64,000 nt of DNA from Bugula neritina (lineage: Eukaryota > Animalia > Bryozoa), in assembly GCA_964035545.1 (NCBI GenBank), contig OZ037766.1, positions 31,176,773 through 31,240,772 on the forward strand. Direction: 5' to 3'. The notes below the pieces were generated by a model. The model did not search any database and was not told the DNA's origin. It was given only the letters and a program-made list of their open reading frames with translations. Made by a program: the position numbers and the translations under genes. This document shows positions 12,701 to 24,800 of this stretch, in pieces; the stretch's first letter is position 1, and each line of letters starts with the position of its first letter.

Positions 12701-13437
12701 GCTGAAGATTTTTACGGTTCCCCTTTGCCAACTCTGAATCAACTTTTTACTTTTCTAAATATTAGTACACAGTCCACAGAGCGTCTGATACAGAAGAAAG
12801 GAAGTATGATGTTATTTTATATTTCATCATATTATATTATATTTTATCATATCATATTATATTATATTCTATTATATTATATTATATTATATTATACTGG
12901 TCACCTTTGCTCACCTTTCACCGCCGTGGTCCTGCGCGGGTGGCGGGATATTTTATTATACTATATTATATTATATCACATTATATTATTTAATATAATG
13001 TTTTATAATACTATATTATATTATATTGCATTGTATTATATCATATCTCACCGTATTATATTATATTGTACTATATCGTATTATACTATATACTCTAATG
13101 TTATATAATATAATATTATATTGCATTGTATTATCTCTCATTAAACTATATTATATTATATTATATTGTGTTATATTATGCTATATTAACGTATATTATA
13201 TTATTTCATGCCATATTATTTATGTAATAATATATTATAATATTATGTGTATATTATTTTCAAGGTGCTATAATCATGAGCATAAAGAAGTACTTCAAAC
13301 CTCTGATAGAGACATACAAACTGCTGCAAAAGTTCTATGCACCCTTCAATGAAAGGCTAGTTTCAATGCTTGACGACCAAAAGTGGGCGGAGTGGGAGAA
13401 GGAAATTAACCGATTGACAGGGGAGGATAAATCTTAG
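6768..13437 (+). CDS. Golgi type II carbohydrate sulfotransferase, CHST15/GalNAc4S-6ST-like, copy 1 (short stem, ~521 aa)
   Basis: Exons 6768-6891, 9031-9323 (inferred new acceptor), 9759-9935, 10520-10654, 10887-11118, 11566-11710, 12100-12268, 12686-12803, 13265-13437 (TAG). N-terminal TM VTVVVLVLTITVAFFAF; 5'-PSB loop RLRCIPHIYMVGWAKSGTTD; 3'-PB motif MRNPVTRALSFY; LRIGIYYIFL; C-terminal LLQKFYAPFNERL. Confidence 0.82.
7794..8567 (+). mobile_element. pearl/HINE-like (Helentron-associated) non-autonomous element
   Basis: 5' hairpin GGCC-TCTGACA-GTG-TGTCAGA-GGCC (7804-7830), three ~90-bp tandem core repeats (8101-8380), (GATACA/AATACA)n microsatellite 8461-8491, 3' hairpin CCAT..ATGG then TTATAA. 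Absent from duplicate copy 2. Confidence 0.55.
12808..13255. repeat. Degenerate (TATTA)n pentamer array in last intron; similar arrays at 60-260, 27098-27390, 29175-29375, 39230-39770
   Basis: Direct inspection; source of the Y/I/L-rich spurious ORFs. Confidence 0.9.
12898..12950 (+). repeat. ~50-bp GC-rich hairpin repeat inside a (TATTA)n array; second copy at 261-300 on the opposite strand
   Basis: TCACCGCCGTGGTCCTGCGCGGGTGGCGGGAT versus the reverse complement of 261-300, TCACCGCCATGTCCTGATCGATGGCGGGAT. Confidence 0.6.
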
Positions 13438-14068
13438 TAGTTATACATGTTTAGTAAACAGAACACACCGAGAGAAATATTAGTGTTAGCGTGAACATTA
13501 GCTGACAACTAAAACCTCTCGTTTTTTGGCTCTTAAATTGATTCACAGTGAATAGGAATTCGTGTCAGGTACTGTTCACAGTGAATAGTATGTTAGATCA
13601 ATGTTGATATAAAGTTTTGTGAAGTTGATCCTTTGTACTCATCACAATGAGCCAAGTTATGTTCAATGATGATCTTATATATGTCCAATGGTGATCTCAG
13701 TTATTTTCAATGCTGAACTAATTTATATTTAATGCTGAACTTATAAATGTTCCATCCTGCTTTAATATTTATTGTAAATAAGCTTCTGCAAAAATTATTA
13801 CTGATTATTTTGAACTAACTTGTTATCACTTATAAATTCTATTTATTTATTAGTGATCAACATGATAGTGTAGTAATGTGGAATTTTATTGTATAAGATA
13901 GTTGAATATAAAAAACACAAAGAAAAATGACTTCTAAAGATTAAAATAAAAAATAATATGAAAATAAAAATCTGCAGAATTCTTCTATATGACTGTAAAT
14001 TCAGTTAACTTTTTTCAATGTTGGCAGAACCTGCTAAGACCATAGTGTGTGCCATTACATTATTGCTC

Positions 14069-14403
14069 TGTAGTGCAGCGATAACCCAGTAATTGTGGTG
14101 TGTAATGGTTAGCACACCTGTGTGCAAGTCCGAGGTCGGTGATAGGAACCCAAGTACCGGGAGGGGGAGGTTTTATAACTCATTCTAGCGGTTAGTAAAG
14201 TGGGGTAGTACTCCAAGAGAAGTTGAGTGGTCAGGGAAGCCTGAAGGAGTAGTATAAAAAGGGCAGCTGAGTTCTTGAGAACTGGGTGGTGTGAAGTGTT
14301 GAGAGCACCCAGTGATACTTGTGATGTAGTGGTGAATTCGTCTGCTTGCAGGCTGAAGGTCTCTGCATGGTTCGAAGTTCTGTGGGGGGTCAAATTATTT
14401 TTG
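14069..14403 (+). mobile_element. Older, diverged copy of the same tRNA-LTR TRIM-like family
   Basis: Starts TGTAGTG like the first element. Two decayed tRNA-like repeats (14069-14177, 14290-14403). The internal segment shares TTAGTAAAGTG, TAGTACTCC, GAGTTGAG, AAGGAGTAGTA and GAGAACTGGGTGG. Flanked by TGCTC (14064-14068) and TGCTC (14404-14408). Confidence 0.62.
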
Positions 14404-16540
14404 TGCTCCTATTCAGCATCTTTAAGTGCATGTTCTTAAAAAATGTTATGGATCTGCAAAAAAAGATAATAGTTGTGTAGCATTTAAAATCACATTAGTA
14501 TGAGCATTAAAAATGTGGTGAAAATATACAATCACAAGCAACGTAAATAAATTAAGTTCAACCTTGTAGAAGCTGAACTATGACTAAAGCAACCTAAGGT
14601 CAAAGCTAACAGTATCAACAACTCTATAGCTATGAATCTCTCAGCATAGTTTCAGCGTCATCATACCAATTGTTTGGTGCTGAAAAACTGTACAGGCTTT
14701 AGCAAACTTATGATCATTATGTTGCGGAGTGTTTGGGTTAGTTTAAGCTTATCAAAATATACTAACAATTTTGGCCATTATTTTATTTGACTTTTTTTCT
14801 TAATTACAAATGCAAGAGCTGTTAGACATAATTAGTTTAGTTAATAGAAGCTTTTCTGCATTAAAAATATCTCAAAATGTCAGAGAACCACAATTTAAGC
14901 TAAAGTCAGCATTTTATATGGGCCCCTCACATTGAGATAACAGATAAGTTTTAGTATTTCTATTAACTGGAAAACAAATACAGTACTACCAAGAAAAATA
15001 TTGCTAATTAAACATCTTTTTCCATTTAATTGTGCTGGGCAAAGATAAATAAAAATATAAACTGGTGGTACAGAAGTTAATAAAATTTTCTTGTATTTAT
15101 CAACTTTGCCAACTCACCACTAATTTAGGCATTTTGGTACTTAGCTATAAAGTATAAAACAAGAAGTTAGCTTGGCAGCTGCTTAAGGCCTATAACTACT
15201 TGTAGGCTGCTAAACTGCATTATTAACAATGCTTCTACAGTCGGGAAATTCAAATTAGTGAATTTGGCACAAATTCAAATTGCTAGAAGGTAAAGTTGAA
15301 ATAAAAGGCTAAATTGTTTGGAAATAGGTGGTTACAGGAACACGCGTATCAAATTGATATAGGAATAGAGTAATTTGGGAAATATCAGTCATTGTGCAGG
15401 TCTCTTAAAAGTTATAGTTGCACAAATTAAATTATCTGTCTATAGCAATAGTCATACTGTCATAGTGATAGCAAATGACAATGTTAAGCAAATGATTAAA
15501 CTTACCCTTTGCTGCAATGACAACTTCAGTTCCTCACTCTGAAAGAAAGTGATCATCTTCTATCTCTGAGAGGTATAGCTGCAATCTTTACCCATGTGAT
15601 TAACTGATTCAATGTCTCAAAGCACAACCTCTTAGTCTGAGCTTCTGGTGTTCACTGTGCTGGCAGAATATTTCTTCTGTCAATAGACCTGAATGAAAAC
15701 TATGTGCTGTTATGTAATAACCTTTGCTCTGCTCTTTCGCTGCTTGGTAAGCCAGTTTCTTGCCTTCGTACAATGAAGGTGTTTATAATTATGCTGTTGC
15801 TTTGTGCAACAGCTTACAGCTGCCATGCAAATAGGAAACATGGTGTACTGCAGTGTAAAAGATGTATTATATAGTTTGTAGTATAACATACTAGAACAAT
15901 CTTAGGTAAAATGAACTAAGCTTTAGAGTCTAGATGAACTCACAAACATTCTTTTCTGTAGTTCTTCCGAAAAAACAATGAATAAGTCACCATAAGTTAT
16001 ACCTTTATTAATTACACCTTTATTAGTTCTTCTTTGTTAAAATATAAAAATTTTTTTTTGAGAAGCAGCTGTATACTATAGTGTGTGCATTAGGTCACAT
16101 GTTCTTGTTTTGATGAGGTCATGGAGGATATCAGAAAAACTTTCAGGCCATAATCGCTTTTGTGTTATTTTATATTTTGCAAACATTATATATTGTGATT
16201 AGGAATCATGTCAATATTGTCAATGATTGCTCACTATAACATGTTGTTATGTAAGTATAGAATAATTTCATTATATTATTATATAATAAGCTGACAACAA
16301 AGAAAGTTTTACTGTAAATAAAATTGCAGCATTCATCAGAAACCTTAAATATAAGTTGAAATACTAATTTATCTTCTCTCAATATATGAATCAGTTACTA
16401 TATATCTTATAAAATTTTATTTAAAGCTTTAAATATATAATACTGTTGAAATCGTTTATAGATATTGTCCTTTTCAGTTAGATATTCCAAATATATTATC
16501 ATGATTCTTTATGCAACAAGTGAGACACTATGGTTTGCAG

Positions 16541-18557
16541 GTGAATTTGTAAAAATATTGACTTCATCATTTGGGAAGAAAATTGAGTTCTCGTGGTTTG
16601 ATAACGAGAATGAAGAATGGTTTAAAATTGAGAAAGATAATTGGTATTTTTTCTGTCTTGTAGTGAACCTGGATTGGCTAGTGACAGTAAGTGAGTATGA
16701 AACATTACAATTTTGAAGTAATAAACACGCATAAAAACTTAATTATTTGTTTATATATACAATATGTTGAATATATATAGTTGGTCAATGCAATAGAATA
16801 AACTCTGGAGATGCTATATTTTTACCTATTCTCCGCTTTGTCTTGTTAGGGTAGCGAGTATGGAGATGCTATACAATTGATATGATTAAATTCATAATAT
16901 CATGTCCTAATATTGACATATAGGCAATATTTTAGAAAGATAATTTAAAGAAAAAATGACCTTGAAAACTATCACTGAATAAACAAAGTTATTCTTTTGT
17001 AGTTTCATATTGGCACTTCTTGGCCAAACCTAAACTGGGTCAAGTCCGTAGAAAATGGCAATAGTAATCCAACTCCACATATCAAGTCTGTTGAAACTGT
17101 TATGGCTTTGTTTTCCGTGATAAAGAATTCCGTGTCGTTTGGTAATAAATTTTCTATATTTTTGCTGCTTATCATTTTTACAGAGTAACAAGAGCTCTTA
17201 TAACACATGTTGCACCACCAACACACTCTTCCATTTCAAACTCACTATCTTTATAACCGTTGACAAAAAATTCATTTCTTGTTTAAAAAATTAAATTCAA
17301 ATGAAAGTATGTAAATAAACAATAATACATACACAAATATTTTATTTCATTTGTATCTAACACATTTTCATTTATTGACAAATATTTTAATAACTTATGT
17401 ATACTGATTATCTTCAGACCCATGCAATTCAAACCAGCTTGGTGTAGGCACACTTGCCTGCCTCAACATCTGGGGTTCTGCTTATAAGAAGGAGAAGTTG
17501 AAATTGTTTGCTAATTGTCTAGAAAGAGGAGATGCGTTGGCTATGAATGTTGATAAGTTTGTTTTTTACGGTACGAAAAAGGTACAACGATCTCTCAGAC
17601 TACCTATTCCAACGACTCCAGCTGCCGAGACTGCTAGTTCTAACCTTATCACGAAGAGTCTACCTGCAGCCATTGAACCTATTACAAGCACTGGTTAGTA
17701 CTTCAACTCTAGTGTTCAGCATATGAGTAATAGCAACCATTAAATATTATGTTTGTAAATGTATTTTGCACAACAGCTAACTTGGACAATTTATTCTAAG
17801 TATAATATAAATAATTAACATTATCAAGTTTATGCAGTCAGTCTTTCAACAAACAGCTGTAGTATAAGCATAATATTGGCTAAGCACTGACACATACTTT
17901 GACACATAAACTGACACTAATTCCACATGCAAGAGCTAAACTGATACTTTGGTTGTTATAGTCATTATCATCCATTTTATCCATGATACAAAGGAGATGA
18001 TTTAATCTAATTGACTATTCACTAAAAGAATCTGCGGCTTCTATCAAAGCAAATAGTTTTATTGGCATGTGGTTCAACACTTTAAATTTGCTGTTTTGTT
18101 TGTCTTATTAATATGTTAGTTTATTATAAAGTCCTTCATTAAAAGTGTGGTTCTTAAAAATTTAATATTGTTGTTTTGAGGCATAATATAATATCCCAAT
18201 ATTCTCAAACATTTAAGAAATTAATTGGACTCAACCTGATTCATAAATAAAATTTAAGAATAAATTGTATAAATCAAGTGTTAACTTAAATGGTATAAAT
18301 GTTAACTTGAATTTATTCATTTCAACATTGAGGGAATTATAACTCCTCAATACTCAGATATTATATACATTCAAAATCTTAGCAGTTGGGTATCTAAAGA
18401 TAATAATTTTGAATTAAATTATTTTAAAAGTGCATAGAAAAAGCAATTGCAGCTCAACTTTGGTCAAAAATTGCTAAATTCAAGTACCATCATTATGTTT
18501 ATTAAAAATTGACAGCAGCTCTAGTGTTGTGTTATATTAATAATAAAATTAACATCA

Positions 18558-18615
<58 letters not shown>

Positions 18616-18928
18616 TATTTATAGCATATAATAGTGTGATAGATAAACAAAGTTTTTTTATATCCTTCTAGTTGATATGACAAACTGGACGAAGTTTGTG
18701 TCATACAAAGGTCAATATATGCTAGGTCTTTCGGTCTACCATCTACCTTTTCCTTCTGCACTTGCCTGTCTGCACATCTGCGCATCTACCAGCTGTAAAC
18801 ATGTAAACTACCACTATCTTAGTAATGCTTGTGAACTTGGTCGTGTTGAAGGAACACAGTCTTTGTCGTTTATCTCAGTTGAGGGAGATACTTACTACTG
18901 TCCCGCCACTGATAGCGAATTGGTATAA
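16541..18928 (+). pseudogene. Pentraxin/LamG + PAN protein, copy 2, 5'-truncated (remaining exons open)
   Basis: Exons 16541-16686, 17003-17141, 17418-17693 and 18672-18928 match copy 1 with intact frames and splice sites. The segment equivalent to ~890-1490, which contains exon 1047-1220, is missing at ~16170-16177. Confidence 0.55.
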
Positions 18929-21433
18929 ACTTTTCATTCAAGCTACATGAAATTGATAGGAATTTTCAGCACTTTGTAATTTTTTTTAAGTTTTGATAAA
19001 ATTAAATGGTTTGGAAAATAATGTGCATGTGTTGTAAAACTTTAAAAGTTTCTGTTGTCAAGTATTACTCGTTGAAGTTTTTAAATTTCTGTGCCAGCTG
19101 ATAGTGGTTACTGTTTGGCACGGATGTCTATGTATTGTGATTCACTTAATGAAGGGTAAATGGATGGAGGACACAGATGCAGGCCACAACTCTATTTTTG
19201 TCTATTGCCAACAGTATATTTTCTAAGTTAGACTTCATTCATACTTAGACTCATACTCATACTGTAACCTATAACCATGAAAATCACAAACATATTGTTA
19301 ACTTAACATTAATTACATAGCTGACAAAACATTTAGTTAATGAAGTTCAAAACAAAAGATAATATAATACTTGATACTTACAATTGTTTTGACAATTAAG
19401 TATAGATTGCCTGCATCTTTAGCAGGAGGAAAATTGAGCTACACTGACTCATCGAATAAAAACTGTCAGTAAATAGCTATCGCGAAAGCTTTCACAAATA
19501 GCTTTCGTTACACAATGGTTTTTGGAAAGCTGCCAAAAAACTACTGCAACAATTTCTATTATTTTATATAAATACTGGTTGCAAAATGGATGCGACTTTG
19601 CTAAATAAATCCAGACAAAACTTTGTTTCAGATCTGTGAATTTTCTTGTAGTTTGTGATTATATAATTTTAATGTCAATTGTTTATGTTGAAACATGGCT
19701 GTAATAAATATACTATTCATTTACATTTCTAAAAAGACACTATTTTGTTTAACCTAATGAGCTCATATAGACCACTAGTGGGTTGTCAATTACTCAAAAA
19801 CTATTGAAATTTCAATACCATACTTAGTCAAATAGCAAAATAATGACATGCTTCTATATTTTGCAGAAAAGTTGATATAATGTATATTTTACACTGTTTG
19901 AAACAAAAGTATTTTTTATGATAAAGCAAGAAAAATTAGGTCTAGAACATACATTTCATGCGTGACTCAAATATTTCATCAAAATGTGTTGCGGATCTCA
20001 CAAATGAATACCTATAATTTTATATAAATTCAATCAAGAGATGAACCAGATATGTATAAAAAGGAAGCAGATATATAAGCTAAAAAGATACGAAAACTAA
20101 TTGGACATTTTTAGTTCTAAACTCAAACTGATAAAATTTATTGTTTTTATATACATATATATACCATAGTATAATATTAAGTTAACCTTGTATAATATTC
20201 ACTTGTCGGTGTAATAAACTTATATTGTAGGACCTTAAGTCGGTTAACATTATATTGCAAATTAAAAGCGATCAGTTGTATTGACATAAATATTTCATAA
20301 AAGACAAACATTCTGATTTATCCGCCCAATAATCAGAATCTCATCAAGTCTGTATCACAACAATATTATTCAGAAATTGAGAAGAAGTGTTATTATATTG
20401 TGTTGCTTTTATTTACGTTCATAAAAGTTTAGTTTATAAACTTTGTTCCACATTTTAATACTGTGCTGTAATAATGGGAATACACCGTGATGGTGTATCT
20501 GCGCTAACTGCGCTGTACTGAAAGAATGGGCGGAGAAAGGGGTGGGACATTGACTATTGTCTTTATAATACATTATAATATAGATAAGTAGCAGCAATGA
20601 TGAAAGACCTGTATTAAAGCTGAATAACAATAGATATTTGTAAATGACTGTTAGCTCTATAGCTCTATGTAGTAGCAAAGCTCAAACTCGCAGTATGAAT
20701 CAGACAATTCGGTGCTTACTCCTTTGCATAGCAAGGCTATTAATCATTTAAAAAAAGGAAGTGATGTGTTAAAATAGTCTCTACCCACTCCGCATTGCAT
20801 AGCTGGATTACCATGCCTGATTGACTGGGTAAGTAGTAGTAGTAGTGGAACAGACAGTCAACTGACTAGAAACAGCAAGTGCTCTGTTTTGAAGGGTGAT
20901 ATTCTAATAGACTAGCCGCAGCAAGTGATTTATATGAAAAAATCTCTACAATAAGCTCAAAATTTTTTAGCTGTTGTAGTGGATATGCGGCATTGTTAAC
21001 TGGTTTACCTGAAAGCAAGTATGCTAGAAATTGAATTGATTTAGTAAGCTTTTAAAGTTCAACAGCTGAAGAAGGAATTTCTCATCTATACAAGTAGGTA
21101 TGTATTCCTTCTAGTAACATTTACTATATTTACTAACTTTACTCAAGGTAGAATTTGTTTTTATTCAGTTGTGGTTATTCATCAAACCCTTATAAGTATA
21201 GCTATTAGAAGCCGTAGAGGTATAAGCTATTAGTATTCTACTCCTTGAGTAACTCTTGCCGGTTAAACACCTGAAATATTACTAACCAGTTATTACACTG
21301 GAAACTGGCAGGCTAGAAACAGTTAACGTTCGTTTGAATGTCGTAGCTTCTCACTGCCGGCTTATAGCTACAAACTTGTTGAAGCCCTTCTTTTATCAAC
21401 TTGTTTACCAACTACTCCCTCTTCGAACTGTCA

Positions 21434-21508
<75 letters not shown>

Positions 21509-21836
21509 ACGCAAGGGTCACGCTTTCTCTTCCAAGGGTTACCCTTCTTTTCTTAGTTCAATTTCTGAACAAAAGTTGCATGGGGAACAAGTCATAAATC
21601 TGCCCGGTGTTTAAGTTGAACAAGCCTTTGTTAGATATTGCAGAGCAACGCTATAATATATCTGAGTCTAAGACAAACGGCTGACAAATAGATTTTTGGA
21701 ACAAGAAGTTAGTTTAATTTGATGAACCCAATTATTGCCTTCTTATCAGCAGTTGATTATAATTAAAATGAAAATGCTACTTAAGCTTTTATTTGTTCAA
21801 CAGAAAAGAATGAAAGTGTGAAACTATAACATCAGC

Positions 21837-24800
21837 ATGAGTGAAGGAACAACAGTGAAACGAAATGTGACTGTAGTTGTTTTGGTGTTGACAATAACAG
21901 TTGCATTTTTTGCATTCCGACACAAAAGAGTAGGCATCACAACCTCACCTGCTACAAAAGGTATGTCACTATTAGTAGGTATATTCAATCATAATATTCA
22001 TATTATTTTTCTACTTGTGAATCTTTATCTAAAATTACATATTTTTGGTGCGTTTTGAAAATATGCTGCAAATTTATGGAGAGTCAAACAGTATATACTA
22101 GTTTATTTATTCAAAGTTTTAGCCTTTTTATTTAATTTGAAGATACTATAGTGCCTTTCAAAATGAAAAATTAAGCATAGCAAGCACTTGTTGTAAGTGG
22201 CATCGTGTCTAGACAGCTAAAGTCAGGTAATTAGCTTTACACTCTGCTGACAGCACGGCTTGAAGGCTTTTAAATGGGTGCAGAGGTAATCCTGACCTTT
22301 TTTACTTCATAGGGAGCGTTTATTTTTATTCCATTGTCACAACAATATTAGTTTATTATTAGTCTGAACTGAACAGTATTTAGGGCATTGCTTTACCCTG
22401 AACCTATTATTTAAATATGTTAAAAAGGTCAAAAGTTTAAACGCAATTTAATTTGTGTTAACTATAACAAGTACAGCTTTGTACTTCATAATACTTACTT
22501 TCAATATAAGACTTACTCAAAATTCAATCTAACCAAATATATTATACAATTTATTTTTAGCTTAGCATAAGTTTTTATGGCAACATTATTGAAATAGTGG
22601 TTTTATTCACCCATGTGCAGCTATTTTCCTTAAAAATGTTCAAAGAATTATGGTATAGTGGTTCTATATTTTGCTATACAATTTATTTGCAGGAAAATTA
22701 TTGGTTTACATTTTAATTGCTTTAGAAACTTGATAAGTTTGTAAAGCTGCACTTCTTCAGCAAATTCACAACTCAATATGCAACTCAATATACTGCACAT
22801 CTTGTTATAACAGACAAGTATTGTATCTTTCTTGTGTTACAGTTATAAGTCAGTCTGATTATTATTAAATGTTTGTAGATATAGATAAGCTAAATTCTAT
22901 GCAAACTGAACAAACTCAGAAGCATAAAAATTTGAAGCCAGTAGACCATAAAGTTATATTCAAATTAGCATTAGAAAAGACAGCTAATGAAATAATAGAA
23001 GAAGAAAAAGTTTACAAGTCAACTAACTTCCAATCTAAAGTTGTTTCAAAGAATAAGGAGGAAGCTTATCAAATCGAAAATGATGACGAAATTATAAACT
23101 CAAAGAAAGCTGGCAAGAAAATCGATTTTCAGTCTAAAGCAGTTTCAGAGAAAGCACTTGAAGATATTGAGGAAACAGAAGCGCTTTCACCTAAAACTAA
23201 AAGCAAAGTTGATTTTCAGTCTAAAGTAGTTGACAAGAACGCTATAAATAGAACAGATAAAGTAGTAAATGCAGCAGCAGAGCTACAAGACTCAAGCAAC
23301 AACAAGAAGGGTTTACTTACCACCACACCAACTAGTGAGAGAAAGTTACTTACCACCACACCAACTAGTGAGAGAAAGTTGCTTGACCCGAGAGTGGATG
23401 GTTGGAACTCAGCAATAGAAACTCTTGATGTCACAGAGACATTCAAGCCAGACCCTGACTTCAAGAAGGTAACTATGTGACTCAAGAATTGCATGTATGA
23501 TGTAATAACCTGTAGCCTGATAGCATGCCAAATGGGAACATAGGATAAGCAAACTAATTTGAATATGTTTAAATTATAAAATCATGCCCTATATTTTCAC
23601 TATAACTGTTATAGTTGATAACTTATCTTCAATGCCTACTTCTCACAAGTTCTTAAAGCATTGGCAATTTTTATCAATGTGGTTATTTTGGAATAAAAAT
23701 ACTTTTGTAATTCAATTTTTGTTCAATTTTGCTCTAAAAAGTTTCAGTACATTGATGGCAAAATATTAAGAGTTATCCTCTCTTTAGCAAATTTGTTAAT
23801 CATGCATGAGAGTGTAGCAAAACATTACATAATCCTGTTTCCTATAATGTGTTACAGGTTAATCAGTTTACCATTGATGAGTTGGTGCCCTTCTTTCCTG
23901 ATGGAGGAATACACCAAAATTCTGACAACTCCACTTTTGAAAACTGGCTGGCAATGAAGTTCCCCCCAAACTCAGTGTGGGACCAGAACTATAAGACACC
24001 CTGCTACATTGATTACAAATCTGGTAGATTGAGAGTATGTTTAGAATTTTGTGGAAATTAATCTATTTCACAAGGCTATAAGAATATTTCATTATTTGAA
24101 CCAAATTATTGATTGTGGATACAGCAAAGCTATTGTTTATGCTACTACAATGTTTAGAGCTTTTTTGTTAGTAAATTATATGATTTAATCATATCCTTGC
24201 TAGTTAAGGAAGCTTTTCATTAAGAGTTTGCTAAGCACAACGTAGAGTAACCACATTGATAATGCATGTAGTGCAATGAGCCAACAACCTGTTATGACTT
24301 GGCCCCCCACCCTTATTTGATGAGAACAGGGGCCTGAAGCTATTTTAGAGCTTCGCTTTGTTATGAATTTTGAGTTGGTTTTTACCTATATATTTCTCTA
24401 TAAACATTCCTAATAGCAATAATCGTGAATAAACACGAATAAGCATGAATAAACTGAGAAAATTGGAACACATCCTTTAAGCATCATTATGTAATAACAA
24501 TGCAAGATCTCTGCAGCTAAATAATGCCTTAAATATTGATCAGCAATTAAACAGCAAACAGTGGTCTGTTTCAGTGTATTCCTCACATCTACATGGTTGG
24601 GTGGGCAAAGTCTGGGACTACAGACATGTGGTGGTACTGGAAGAACCACCCACAACTAGTACCTGGATGGAAAGAGACTCAGTTTCTTACACAGTTTTCA
24701 TTTTGGCCGGTATGAATTCTATCCCCAGACTAACTTTGTACTTACTTTATATTGTGCCATGTAAACTAGTGCGAATGTTCTTATTCTATAAATGTCTTAC

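Noticed and set aside
12804-13352. Hydrophobic Y/I/L-rich ORFs (also 27261, 29128, 29175, 36781, 57224, 57279)
   Set aside because: Translations of AT-rich microsatellites inside introns or intergenic DNA.
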